Translations under genes and position numbers: made by a program | Notes under the pieces: generated by a model | Database searches by the model: none | What the model saw: only the letters and a program-made list of their open reading frames with translations | Told to the model about the DNA's origin: nothing | Origin: Prevotella sp. | Lineage (GTDB): Bacteria; Bacteroidota; Bacteroidia; Bacteroidales; Bacteroidaceae | Length of the DNA stretch: 64,000 nucleotides | NCBI GenBank assembly: GCA_017538105.1 | Contig: JAFYJN010000048.1 | Coordinates: forward strand, 15,234-79,233 | Direction: 5' to 3' | Part shown: one piece after another, positions 50,017 through 59,972 of the stretch | Layout: each line of letters begins with the position of its first letter | Position numbering within the stretch: position 1 is the stretch's first letter

Positions 50017-51033
50017 ATGAACCCTACCATGATAGACGTATCTGTACTCATCCTGTTTTTCAACCGTCCCGAGCAACTAAGCCAGGTGTTCGAGCAAGTG
50101 CGTCAGGCGCGTCCCGCCCGTCTGTTCCTCTACCAAGACGGTCCGCGCGGAGAGAAAGACATGCCAGGCATAGAGGCTTGTCGGAAAGTGGTGGAAGAGA
50201 TAGACTGGGAATGTGAGGTACACCGCAAATACCAAGAGCGCAACTACGGCTGCGACCCGTCAGAATACCTGTCACAGAAATGGGCCTTTTCCTTGACCGA
50301 CAAATGTATCGTTTTGGAAGACGACGATGTGCCCTCGCAGTCGTTCTTCCCTTTCTGCAAGGAACTGCTCGACCGATACGAGAACGACCCGCGTGTGGCG
50401 ATGATATGTGGGTTCAACGAAGACGAGGTGACGCCCCACTGCTCCGACAGCTATTTCTTCACCTCCATCTTCGCCATCTGGGGCTGGGCATCGTGGCGCA
50501 GGGTCATCGACCAGTGGGAAGGCGACTATGCTTTCCTTGACGATGAGGAGAACATGCGGCGGTTGGAAGAGTTGTCAAGCCAGCGCCGTTACCGCAAGGA
50601 TTTCATCCCCATGTGTCGCAACCATCGCGCCACGGGCAAGGAATATTATGAGAGTATTTTCTGGGCGAGTATGTTGCTCCACTCACAGTTGGCCATCATG
50701 CCACAGAAAAACATGGTCAACAACCTCGGCCTGACCGCCGACAGCACCCATTTCGGTGGCAGCATCGACACCACGCCGCGCGCCTACCGCCGTATATTCA
50801 CCATGAAACGTCATGAGATGGACTTTCCGTTGCGTCATCCTCGTTATCTTATCGAAGACGTGAGCTATAAAGAGCGGCTCTATAAGACCAATGCCTGGGG
50901 CCATCCCTGGATCAAGATAGGCCGTTCGTTGGAAGAGCTGTGGCTGAACCTGCGCCACGGCAATTTCTCCTTCATCGGTAAATCCAGCAAGCGCAGGTTC
51001 AACAAATGGTTCGGTAAGGATAAGCACGCCTAA
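50017..51033 (+). CDS. GT-A fold glycosyltransferase (family often labelled hemolytic protein HlpA)
   Basis: FFNRP, LFLYQDGPR, NYGC, IVLEDDD, IWGWASWRR. Confidence 0.8.
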   Translation: MNPTMIDVSVLILFFNRPEQLSQVFEQVRQARPARLFLYQDGPRGEKDMPGIEACRKVVEEIDWECEVHRKYQERNYGCDPSEYLSQKWAFSLTDKCIVLEDDDVPSQSFFPFCKELLDRYENDPRVAMICGFNEDEVTPHCSDSYFFTSIFAIWGWASWRRVIDQWEGDYAFLDDEENMRRLEELSSQRRYRKDFIPMCRNHRATGKEYYESIFWASMLLHSQLAIMPQKNMVNNLGLTADSTHFGGSIDTTPRAYRRIFTMKRHEMDFPLRHPRYLIEDVSYKERLYKTNAWGHPWIKIGRSLEELWLNLRHGNFSFIGKSSKRRFNKWFGKDKHA

Positions 51034-53045
51034 GGCCCTTGTAAGATTCCCGTCTCAGTATCCCGATGATTCATCGTTCGCTGTATATCACGGTATTTGC
51101 GTCCTGATGACAGATGCCATGTGATGTTGAGTGTCAGCATATTGCCGAAGTCGCGGCAGCGTTGCGACACCTCTTTTTGAACATAACGGTTGAGCACCTC
51201 TGTCTGATGAGTAATAGGACTTGCACAGAAAGGATGTTGGGCGTAAAGGGAAAAGGTTAGATTCTTCAAGCTATAGGAGGCTGTAAGGTACCACGCCGCC
51301 GCTTGATGGCCCCGATGTTCACCCTCCATGAAGTTCCAGCCATTATCAGCATAGACAGATAGTGTCCACTTTCCCAAATAAGCCTCCATGCTGGCGCCCC
51401 CATTGAATGCCGTATAGGTATGGCGATAATCATCTGTGAAGTTGAAAAAGCGATAGATGCCCCCGTAGATGGTGACAGACAGATGCTCGGGAATAGCTTC
51501 CCACCGGTTGTAATTCTGGATGAAGAAAAAGCTGCATTCATTGCCAGCATTTGTCTGGGTCTGATAGAAATGTCCATCCTCACGGATATATTTCTCCATA
51601 TTGCAGTCAGCATTCAATCGCCAATAGCCTTGCAGTTCAGCCATTATCCTTGGTGTGGAATAAGTCAGGCGGAGATCATGCGAGGTCACGCGATTGGGTC
51701 TGATCTCAGGATTGCCCACCAATGTCTCCATCGCATTCTGTTTGATGCTGACATCACTGACGAGTGCTATTTGGGACACGTGTTGCGACACCTCGAAGTC
51801 GTATTTCACTTTCAGGTTCCTGGCTAACGGATAAGCAAGTGTCAGCCTCGGGCGAAACAGCAGATAGCGGTCATTCCATCCTGCCTGCCAGTAATACCGT
51901 GTACTTAAGCCCAAGCCTCCCATATAGCCGAGCTTGCCAAGACGACCTTTCAGCTGGCCAAAGAAATATAGCACAGAAGAACGCATAGAGTTGGAGGCGT
52001 TGGCGTCACCCGAATACATATTATTCATGAATTTCTGTCCATATTGTGTACCTAAAGAGAGCGTAAAGGGTTTCAGACGGTTTTCATAGACAGCCTCTGC
52101 CCAAAGCGAATACGTTTTTCCTTTCACGCTGTAGGCATAACTGCCACCCTCATTATGCTCTGCTTGGCTGTCGGTCTTGATATATGTTCCCACGATGTTT
52201 GCTGTCAGCGACTGATGTTGCTTGTAGTCACGATGCAGGTAGAGGTCAAGCGCCGGCGAGGACGTGCGAGTAGAAGAATGGTCTTCGTAGGTTTCAAACT
52301 TTTCCCATGTGCTATTTGGCTGAATGTCGCGACGGGCAGAGAGTTTCGATTGGAACACATAGTTTGAATCACTCAAGCTATAGGTCAGTTGGAGATTATG
52401 CCCCAGGCTCTTCTCCTGCCCATCTAACTGACGGCGCAAAATATGTTGCTTTGTGCCAGACTCCAGCTCGTATGTCGCCAGTTCTTCATATTCCATTCCT
52501 TTGAAGTTGCTATAGTCCAGCGAATAGGTTACTCCAAACTCACTTTTACCGTGGTTGTATTTGCCAAATACCGTCTCATCGCCATTGACGGCGGTAAGTG
52601 TGTTCGTCAGGTCTGCCCCAATGTCGTAGCCGCAGACTGTCTTTTTCACCATGATATTAATAACACAGGCTACTCCCTCTCCATAACGGACCCCAGGATT
52701 ATCAATGAAATCAATATACCCCACGGACTTCATGTTGAGTGCCAACAAATCTTCCTTTGAGGCAACGACATCATTGATACGTACCTGAACACTGCCTAGA
52801 TTCGAAAGTGCAGTGATGGTATGCATCACAGGGTCAACACGCAGATGGGGCAGCGTCAGTTTCGACAGCAAAGAATAGCCATTAGTGGAACTCTCCAGTT
52901 GCTGGCGCGTGGGATAGATGGTCTGTCCGTCCACCCGTTGCACCACTTTGGAGCCCTGAACAGTCACTTCCTGCAAATCCACCTCCTTTTGTGCTGAAAC
53001 AACAAATGATACTGACAGCATCCAAAAAAATAGAAATCTCTTCAT
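51030..53045 (-). CDS. Outer-membrane beta-barrel protein (TonB-dependent-receptor-like)
   Basis: Signal peptide, LQEVTV, plug-like IDNPGVRYG...VINI, GNPEIRP, alternating beta-strand pattern. Confidence 0.75.
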   Translation of the reverse strand: MKRFLFFWMLSVSFVVSAQKEVDLQEVTVQGSKVVQRVDGQTIYPTRQQLESSTNGYSLLSKLTLPHLRVDPVMHTITALSNLGSVQVRINDVVASKEDLLALNMKSVGYIDFIDNPGVRYGEGVACVINIMVKKTVCGYDIGADLTNTLTAVNGDETVFGKYNHGKSEFGVTYSLDYSNFKGMEYEELATYELESGTKQHILRRQLDGQEKSLGHNLQLTYSLSDSNYVFQSKLSARRDIQPNSTWEKFETYEDHSSTRTSSPALDLYLHRDYKQHQSLTANIVGTYIKTDSQAEHNEGGSYAYSVKGKTYSLWAEAVYENRLKPFTLSLGTQYGQKFMNNMYSGDANASNSMRSSVLYFFGQLKGRLGKLGYMGGLGLSTRYYWQAGWNDRYLLFRPRLTLAYPLARNLKVKYDFEVSQHVSQIALVSDVSIKQNAMETLVGNPEIRPNRVTSHDLRLTYSTPRIMAELQGYWRLNADCNMEKYIREDGHFYQTQTNAGNECSFFFIQNYNRWEAIPEHLSVTIYGGIYRFFNFTDDYRHTYTAFNGGASMEAYLGKWTLSVYADNGWNFMEGEHRGHQAAAWYLTASYSLKNLTFSLYAQHPFCASPITHQTEVLNRYVQKEVSQRCRDFGNMLTLNITWHLSSGRKYRDIQRTMNHRDTETGILQGP

Positions 53046-53062
53046 ACGTTTGCTTTTTGCGG

Positions 53063-53130
53063 CAAAGATATGAAGAGACTAGTTTGTGGCCTAAAATAAA
53101 GACTGACATTTGTCTGACATTTCACTGACA
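53063..53130 (-). promoter_or_regulatory. OMP promoter: -7 box TATCTTTG and three TGTCAG direct repeats at an 11-bp period
   Basis: Plus-strand CTGACA at 53103, 53114 and 53125; CAAAGATA at 53063-53070. Confidence 0.65.
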
Positions 53131-53139
53131 GACGACTAT

Positions 53140-53805
53140 CTATCTGATTGTCAAACTATACGATTTTCCTCGTTCAGATTCGATTTTGAGTTCGGAATGT
53201 TGTTCGATAACTGGTTTCAGCCTTCTGATAAGTGTGTAAAGCGTCTCGCTGGCATCCTCTTTCTTGGGCCAAAGGGCATCGCAGATTTCGGCTTTCGACA
53301 GCTGGTGAGAAGGTGATAGCCATAACATTTCCATCAGTTGTTGTTGCATGGGTGTTAGCTTTACCACATGACCTTTTACGTCAACGAAACGCCCCTCTTG
53401 CAGTGCCAGTCCGCCAAACAGTCCCATCGACATGCTTCGCCGATGTTGATACATGCAGAAAAATCCCCAAAGAAATGCCATCGCCCAAAGTGCCATCGCA
53501 GGTCGTTGGTCAGATAGCGAAAAGATGGTGGCCGCCGAGACCTGTGGTCGAGGACAGAAACCTTTTTTGGTATCCACAGCCAGCACTGCCCTACCCTTCA
53601 ACTCTTCTATTTGCAAATGGCTGTTGAACACACGTATTGTGTCAGCACTGATCAAGTCCGACTGTTGTTCATCCAATGCTTTGGCTAACGCCTGGTTCAA
53701 ATCTTGAGTCACCTGTTCCTTTGTTGTCTTATAACTCGTAAAACTCACCAGACTTGAAAGCACTATCATTGCAAAGAGCACCACCACTGCATAACGCTGT
53801 TTCAT
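53140..53805 (-). CDS. Membrane-anchored regulator with a C-terminal OmpR/PhoB-type winged helix
   Basis: Two hydrophobic segments, then LTPMQQQLMEML...LSKAEICDALW...LYTLIRRLK...IESERGKSYSL. Confidence 0.85.
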   Translation of the reverse strand: MKQRYAVVVLFAMIVLSSLVSFTSYKTTKEQVTQDLNQALAKALDEQQSDLISADTIRVFNSHLQIEELKGRAVLAVDTKKGFCPRPQVSAATIFSLSDQRPAMALWAMAFLWGFFCMYQHRRSMSMGLFGGLALQEGRFVDVKGHVVKLTPMQQQLMEMLWLSPSHQLSKAEICDALWPKKEDASETLYTLIRRLKPVIEQHSELKIESERGKSYSLTIR

Positions 53806-53946
53806 TGTTGTTCCCGATCAGATTTCTTTAATTGTTCTGTAGAGTGCAAAGTTACAGTTATTTTGAAAAGTACTGCTCACCTTAACCTTTCTTTTATGAA
53901 ATAATAACACTAATCGCGATTAGGGTCTAAAGCGGAACACAATAGC

Positions 53947-55434
53947 TTATTTTCGCCAGAAATCTGGGACGAGCAAAGCAATTAGTGTGATGATTTCCAA
54001 ACGACCTGCCAACATCAATAGTGACATCACCCATTTCCCAAATGAGGGCAGGAAATCGAAAGATCCGGTGATGCCTGTAACACCCGCTCCCAGTCCATTA
54101 TTTGAGACACAAGAGAAAGAGGAGAAAAATGCATCTACTATGGGAAAACCTTGAGCGACGAGCACAACTCCTCCCACTACGATAAGCATGGTGTAAATGA
54201 AGATGAATGCCACAATTTCATTGCCTCTTTCAGAATTCAAGTGCTGCCCATTTACATTCACCGAATGGAGTAAACGCGGTCTCACATATTGGCGTACAAC
54301 AGCCAAAAAGTTTTTTACCAAATACAGCAGACGGTCTACTTTGGCTCCGCCTGTGGTGGAACCAGCACATGCCCCCACATACATCATGAAGAAAGTAAGC
54401 GTGAGCACAAGAATGCCCCATCCTTCCCAGTCTCCCGCACTAAAACCAGTAGAAGTCATGGCTGAGACAATATGAAACAAAGGGTCGATGGTTACGCTCT
54501 CCCACCCACTGTAATGATTCAACCCGACGATGGCAAAAACCATCAACACAAAGAAAAGTGCAATAATGTAAACATAGGTACGGAAAACATCATTTTCCCA
54601 AAACACACGCCACGATTTCCTTAACGAAGTGATAATCAGACCGAAGCTGACACCTCCAACAAACATAAAGACGGTAAGCACCATCTTAATGTATGGTGAG
54701 TGATATGCCGCTATACAATTGTTCTTGGTTGAGAAACCACCCGTGGAAATAGCGGATAATCCATGGCATAAACTGTCAAAGATGCCCATAGGCCCCATCC
54801 ATAACATCAACACCAAAACAATGGTTAGCAAAGTATACAACAACCATAATATCTTTGCTGTGCGGGAAATACGTGCGCCAAGTTTATCGTGGGTGATACC
54901 CGTCGCCTCTGCATGAAAAAGCATCAGGCTGCCATTATTGTTCAAAGAAGGAATAAAAGTCAAGGTGAACAAGATAATACCCAGTCCACCTATCCATTGT
55001 GTCACGGCCCTCCACAGCAGGATACCTCTGCCACATTTTTCCACTTCGCGTATCACCGTAGCTCCCGTAGTGGTGAATCCAGACATGGCTTCGAAGAAAC
55101 CTTCACTAATATCGAGAGGAGTAGAGCAGAAAAGATAAGGAAGCATGCCGAAAAGCGAGAACACAATCCACGCCACAGAGGCAAGTAAAAGGCCGTCACG
55201 CCTTCTCAACACGCTATGTTGGGGTTTATTGTAAATATTCAGCCCCACACCCATTGACAATGTCAGCAACATGACAAGCAGAAATGTCCATGTGTCCTTT
55301 TCCCCATAGTACAGGCAGACGGCAAAAGGCAATGTCATGAATCCCGCTTCCACCATCAACAATTGTCCCAGTATTCGTCCAATCATTCTATAGTTGACGG
55401 CTTTGTCTGCAGTATCAACATTGAAATACGCCAT
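53947..55434 (-). CDS. trkH: Trk potassium uptake membrane protein
   Basis: FFEAMSGFTTTGAT, QWIGGLG, STGGFS, AGSTTGG, LMLAGRLE. Confidence 0.95.
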   Translation of the reverse strand: MAYFNVDTADKAVNYRMIGRILGQLLMVEAGFMTLPFAVCLYYGEKDTWTFLLVMLLTLSMGVGLNIYNKPQHSVLRRRDGLLLASVAWIVFSLFGMLPYLFCSTPLDISEGFFEAMSGFTTTGATVIREVEKCGRGILLWRAVTQWIGGLGIILFTLTFIPSLNNNGSLMLFHAEATGITHDKLGARISRTAKILWLLYTLLTIVLVLMLWMGPMGIFDSLCHGLSAISTGGFSTKNNCIAAYHSPYIKMVLTVFMFVGGVSFGLIITSLRKSWRVFWENDVFRTYVYIIALFFVLMVFAIVGLNHYSGWESVTIDPLFHIVSAMTSTGFSAGDWEGWGILVLTLTFFMMYVGACAGSTTGGAKVDRLLYLVKNFLAVVRQYVRPRLLHSVNVNGQHLNSERGNEIVAFIFIYTMLIVVGGVVLVAQGFPIVDAFFSSFSCVSNNGLGAGVTGITGSFDFLPSFGKWVMSLLMLAGRLEIITLIALLVPDFWRK

Positions 55435-55436
55435 AG

Positions 55437-56774
55437 TTAGAAGCCAAATAGTTTTTTAGCCTTCTGAAGGGCACCTTTCAGACAAACCACCAACACATGA
55501 TCGCCTGGAACGAATAACGTCTGTCCCGTCACCAGTTCACTTTGGCCATCACGGATTAGTCCGGCGAAAGTGATTTCCTCAGGTATTTTCAAATCTTTCA
55601 CCAAAGCCGTGGTAATCTTTGCACCTTTCTTTATCTCGAGTCTTACAACCTCGGCTCCAGGTAATACCAGGCACTTGGAAGACAACGAACCTGCATCAAT
55701 CAATATTTGGAATATGGCATTTGCCATCAGCATCTGCTTATTGAGAACAGCCCCGATATTGAAGGATTCAGCCATATTTAAGAACTGCTGTCGTTCCACT
55801 TCAGCAATGGTTCTCCTCACCCCCATATCGCGAGCCATGAGGCATGAGAGGATATTACCTTCCGATGTGTTTGCCAAGGCTACAAAAGCATCCGCCCGCT
55901 TGATTCCTGCCTCTTCAAGCACATCATATTCACTGGGTTCACCATGAATAACATCACAATTTGGACAATTCCGAGCCAATTCTTGTGCCCGTTCCACGTT
56001 ATTCTCCACCACGGTGAACATAAAGGATTTTGGAGCATTACTCAATGTCATCTCGGTGATTTTATCACCTCCTGTTATCAGTACATGCTTTATGTCAAAC
56101 GATTTTTTCCCTGTGAGCAAAGCCACCTCTTCTTGCATGGAAGCCGAAGCCGCGATATACAAGATATCGTTGGGCAACAACTGACAATTACCATTTGGTA
56201 TCAATGTTAGGAAATTCCTGCGAATAGCCACGACATGAAAGAAACGATTGGGAACCTCCAGATCACGAAGACATTTTCCTGACAGGGAAGAATTGCCGGC
56301 AAGTCTTACACCCACCAAAATCATCTCCCCATGGTTAAACTCATACCAGTTTCTTGTCCAAGAATGGCTCAAAGATTCGATGATACTTCTCGAAATAAGA
56401 AACTCAGGAAATATGATTTTATCCACTCCCATCGAATGCATCACTTCCTGATTGTGTCTTTCCATATAGTCGGAACGGTCCACCCGAGCAACCGTCATCT
56501 TAGCGCCCATTGATTTGGCCATACCACACGACACAACATTTCGTTCTGCCACATCTGTAACAGCAATGAACAACTCACATTTAGCGACTTCAGCCTGTCG
56601 TAGTGTAGAGAATGCTGTTCCATCACCAACAACAGCCATCAGATTATACTCTGCATCAAGCATTGCTAGTTTGTTGGCATCTTTATCAATGATAAAAATA
56701 TCCATATGCTCACCTGACAAATATTTAGCCAGATGCGTACCAACAGACCCTGCACCAACTATCGTTATTCTCAT
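55437..56774 (-). CDS. trkA: Trk potassium uptake regulatory subunit
   Basis: IVGAGSVG, two RCK N/C domain pairs; adjacent to trkH. Confidence 0.95.
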   Translation of the reverse strand: MRITIVGAGSVGTHLAKYLSGEHMDIFIIDKDANKLAMLDAEYNLMAVVGDGTAFSTLRQAEVAKCELFIAVTDVAERNVVSCGMAKSMGAKMTVARVDRSDYMERHNQEVMHSMGVDKIIFPEFLISRSIIESLSHSWTRNWYEFNHGEMILVGVRLAGNSSLSGKCLRDLEVPNRFFHVVAIRRNFLTLIPNGNCQLLPNDILYIAASASMQEEVALLTGKKSFDIKHVLITGGDKITEMTLSNAPKSFMFTVVENNVERAQELARNCPNCDVIHGEPSEYDVLEEAGIKRADAFVALANTSEGNILSCLMARDMGVRRTIAEVERQQFLNMAESFNIGAVLNKQMLMANAIFQILIDAGSLSSKCLVLPGAEVVRLEIKKGAKITTALVKDLKIPEEITFAGLIRDGQSELVTGQTLFVPGDHVLVVCLKGALQKAKKLFGF

Positions 56775-56916
56775 TCCTTGTCAGTTTTTTACGGCACAAA
56801 GATAAAAAAACATTTATAAAAGCGACGATAAAATAACAAAAATTATTCGCAAAGGCTATGATAGAGGAAAAAGGGCTAAAAGCAGATATGAAAGTGGCTA
56901 TATCATGCTATGGAAA

Positions 56917-57477
56917 TCATTGTAACATCTTCCCCACGGCGGGGGGAACAAGATGGTCAATGGGCAGGCCTTCGGCGAGGCGTTGGCGTATCTCCGTGCT
57001 ACTCACATCGATGGTGGGTGCCTGCATGAGCAGCACACCCTGTGGCAAGGAGACTGGGTCGATAGGCGCATCTTTACGCGGATAAACCGCTATGGGATAC
57101 CGGGCAAGAATATCCTCATGATGATACCACTTGTCGAAAGCCACCCAGTTGTCGCCGCCAATAAGCAAAGTAAACTCCCTATCGGGATACTCGGCAGACA
57201 GTGCCTGTAACGTATTCCAGGTATAGGAAGGCTTGGGTAGTTTAAATTCAAAGTCCGATGCTTTCAGTCGTTTGAACCGCCGAAGCGCAGCCATTACCAA
57301 TTGGTAGCGTAAATCATCGGGCATAAGGTCGTTGTCCTGTTTCCACGGGTTCTGCGGCGTGACGAGAAACCACACCTCGTCAAGTTTCGCCTCGCGCAAC
57401 AACTGACGCGCGAGGTGAATATGCCCGTTATGAATGGGATTGAAAGAGCCGCCGAAGATGCCCGTGCGAATGCTCAT
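56917..57477 (-). CDS. nadD: Nicotinate-nucleotide adenylyltransferase
   Basis: GIFGGSFNPIHNGH, IGGDN, VSSTEIR. Confidence 0.97.
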   Translation of the reverse strand: MSIRTGIFGGSFNPIHNGHIHLARQLLREAKLDEVWFLVTPQNPWKQDNDLMPDDLRYQLVMAALRRFKRLKASDFEFKLPKPSYTWNTLQALSAEYPDREFTLLIGGDNWVAFDKWYHHEDILARYPIAVYPRKDAPIDPVSLPQGVLLMQAPTIDVSSTEIRQRLAEGLPIDHLVPPAVGKMLQ

Positions 57478-58040
57478 GCCTCTATGAATTCCGTCACCAT
57501 CTGGAGGGCCTCGGCGAGTGCCGTGTCAAGGTCATCGTTAACAAGCACACGGTCGAAGCGCGGGGCGAACGTCAGTTCATAGCCCGCCTTCTCCACACGG
57601 TCGTTGATAACCTCGGGCGAATCGGTGCCCCGTTTTTCCAGTCGCCGACGCAGCTCTTCCACTGACGGTGGCTGAATGAAGATAGCCAAGGCGCGGTCGC
57701 CAAAATAATTCTTCAGGCTGCAGCCCCCCTTCACATCTACGTCGAACACCACATTCTGGCCATCGGCCAACTGGCGTTCCACCTGCGACTTTAGGGTGCC
57801 ATAAAAACGGCCCTCATACACCTCCTCGTATTCAAGGAATTCACCACGTTCGATGCGTTCCTTGAACTCCTCGACAGAGAGGAAAAAATACTCCACGCCA
57901 TCGCGTTCATTGCCGCGCGGAGGTCTGCTGGTGCAAGAGATACTAAAAGCCAGTTTCAGCTCTTCATGCTGCATCAGCCAGTTGATAATCGTGCTTTTGC
58001 CACTACCGCTCGGAGCGGAAACAATAATCAGTTTGCCCAT
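57474..58040 (-). CDS. gmk: Guanylate kinase
   Basis: SAPSGSGKST, TSRPPR..E.DGVEYFF, FYGT; start at MGKLII. Confidence 0.97.
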   Translation of the reverse strand: MGKLIIVSAPSGSGKSTIINWLMQHEELKLAFSISCTSRPPRGNERDGVEYFFLSVEEFKERIERGEFLEYEEVYEGRFYGTLKSQVERQLADGQNVVFDVDVKGGCSLKNYFGDRALAIFIQPPSVEELRRRLEKRGTDSPEVINDRVEKAGYELTFAPRFDRVLVNDDLDTALAEALQMVTEFIEA

Positions 58041-58041
58041 A

Positions 58042-58168
58042 TTTAGGAGTTTAGGAGTTTGGGAGTGTAGGAGTTTAGACAATAGTCTGAGGAATTTGGG
58101 AGTTTGGGGATCTTAAAGTTGGCCGTTTAGGACTCTCCTCCCTTGGGGAGAGGTTGGGGGTGGGTATC
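58042..58168. repeat. Octamer repeats (TTTAGGAG/TTTGGGAG) plus a REP-like half element
   Basis: tttaggagtttaggagtttgggagtgtaggagttt; ctcctcccttggggagaggttgggggtgggtat. Confidence 0.7.
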
Positions 58169-58171
58169 CAC

Positions 58172-59047
58172 TTATAATACATTGAGCACTTGCTCCTTAA
58201 TTTGTTCCAATTCATCTTTCATACGCACCACGATATTTTGCATCTCGGCATGGTTGCTCTTCGAGCCTGTGGTGTTGATCTCACGTCCCATCTCCTGTGC
58301 GATGAAGCCCAATTTCTTACCTTGTCCACTGTCCTCGGCCATGGTTTTCCGGAAATAATCGAGGTGGTTGGCCAAGCGTTGTTTCTCCTCGCTGATATCC
58401 AGTTTCTCAATGTAATAAATCATCTCCTGTTCCAAACGGTTCTTGTCGTAGTCCACCTCAGGCAAGTTCTTCAGACCCTCGATGATACGTGCACGTATTT
58501 TTTCCACCCTGGCCTGCTCATAGTCGGACAGTTGTGCAAGGAGCGCCGCTATGTTATCTACTTTCTCAGTGAATTTTACTTGCAGGGCCGCTCCCTCCTG
58601 GCGACGGAAAGCCTCCAACTGTTCAAGAGCTTTTACGACAGCTCCCTTGGCCACATCCCACTCCTCGTCAGACAATTGTTCATTGTCGGTCTTCGTCATC
58701 ACATCGGGCATACGCAGCAAGGTGTAGAACCAATCCTGGGGTTCCGGGATTCCGCTTTTTTTCGCTATCTCCTTAATTTGTTGGAAATAGTTCTCCACCA
58801 ACGCCCCGTTGATGGGAGTGGCATCGGCAGTCGCATCTTTCTCAATCCAAATAGCGAAGTCAACCTTGCCACGTACCACTGCCGTAGCGATGAGTTGGCG
58901 AATTTCCATCTCCTTCTCTCGATAGAGAGGAGCGATACGTGTGGAGAGGTCGAGAGCCTTGCTATTGAGCGACTTCACCTCGACGTTGATTTTCTTGTCA
59001 CCATAGGAAACGACAGCCTTGCCGTAGCCCGTCATTGAAAGAATCAT
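58172..59047 (-). CDS. yicC: YicC/YloC family endoribonuclease
   Basis: MILSMTGYG, KLDISEE, GKKLGFIAQEMGREINTTGSK, LEQIKEQVLNVL. Confidence 0.95.
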   Translation of the reverse strand: MILSMTGYGKAVVSYGDKKINVEVKSLNSKALDLSTRIAPLYREKEMEIRQLIATAVVRGKVDFAIWIEKDATADATPINGALVENYFQQIKEIAKKSGIPEPQDWFYTLLRMPDVMTKTDNEQLSDEEWDVAKGAVVKALEQLEAFRRQEGAALQVKFTEKVDNIAALLAQLSDYEQARVEKIRARIIEGLKNLPEVDYDKNRLEQEMIYYIEKLDISEEKQRLANHLDYFRKTMAEDSGQGKKLGFIAQEMGREINTTGSKSNHAEMQNIVVRMKDELEQIKEQVLNVL

Positions 59048-59213
59048 AATTTTATGTGGAAGTTAAAATTGAATTTAAATGGGGAGTTAAAGTGGACATT
59101 ACCCTGTCTGTTGGAACCTATTTTAGAGCCCTTAGACAAGAAATTTATGCAAAAGTACGAATTTCTATTGAAAAATGCGTACTTTTGCACTTTAATTTTG
59201 AATATTATTATAT

Positions 59214-59909
59214 ATGTCGTGCATATTGAACATTGACACGAGTACCGATGTGTGTTCCGTGGCCGTTAGCGATGACGGAGCATGCATCTACCATGCCGAG
59301 GACTTTGAAGGACGCAACCATGCCCAGAAGTTGGGCGGTTATGTCGATGCGGCTCTGTCGTTTGCCGACAGTCATGCCATCCCACTTGATGCCGTAGCCG
59401 TTAGCAGCGGACCGGGGTCATACACTGGCTTGCGTATTGGCGTGTCAATGGCCAAAGGCATCTGTTATGGTCTCGGCGTGCCCCTGCTCAGCGTGCCCAC
59501 TCTCGAATTGCTCTGTGTGCCCGTTTTGTTGGGTCGCAGGGAATTGGAAGAGGATGCCTTGCTCTGTCCAATGGTCGACGCGCGACGCATGGAGGTGTAT
59601 GCAGCTATTTATGACCGAGCGTTGCGTCCAATACGCGAGACCCAGGCCGACGTGGTCGATGCCGACACCTACCGCGAGTACCTTGACCGCGGTCCCATCT
59701 ATTTCTTTGGCCCAGGAGCCGGAAAATGCATGGATGCCATCAACCATCCCAACGCCCATTACCTTGAGGGCATACAACCACTGGCCAAAAACATGTTTCC
59801 GTTGGCAGAAAAGCGCATTGCCTTGGGACAAACCGAAGATGTGGCTTATTTCACCCCCTTCTACCTCAAAGATTTTGTGGCGAAGAAAAGTGTAGGGTTG
59901 AAAGTTTAG
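59214..59909 (+). CDS. tsaB: tRNA threonylcarbamoyladenosine biosynthesis protein TsaB
   Basis: ILNIDTST, GPGSYTGLRIG, DARRMEVY. Confidence 0.96.
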   Translation: MSCILNIDTSTDVCSVAVSDDGACIYHAEDFEGRNHAQKLGGYVDAALSFADSHAIPLDAVAVSSGPGSYTGLRIGVSMAKGICYGLGVPLLSVPTLELLCVPVLLGRRELEEDALLCPMVDARRMEVYAAIYDRALRPIRETQADVVDADTYREYLDRGPIYFFGPGAGKCMDAINHPNAHYLEGIQPLAKNMFPLAEKRIALGQTEDVAYFTPFYLKDFVAKKSVGLKV

Positions 59910-59972
59910 TGTTTAGTGCAGTTGAGTATCAACTATGATATCTATGATATATTGAACTTAGCAGACAAAGAT

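Noticed and set aside
59149-59190. Inverted repeat GCAAAAGTACG...CGTACTTTTGC
   Set aside because: Back-to-back -7 boxes for the divergent yicC and tsaB genes.
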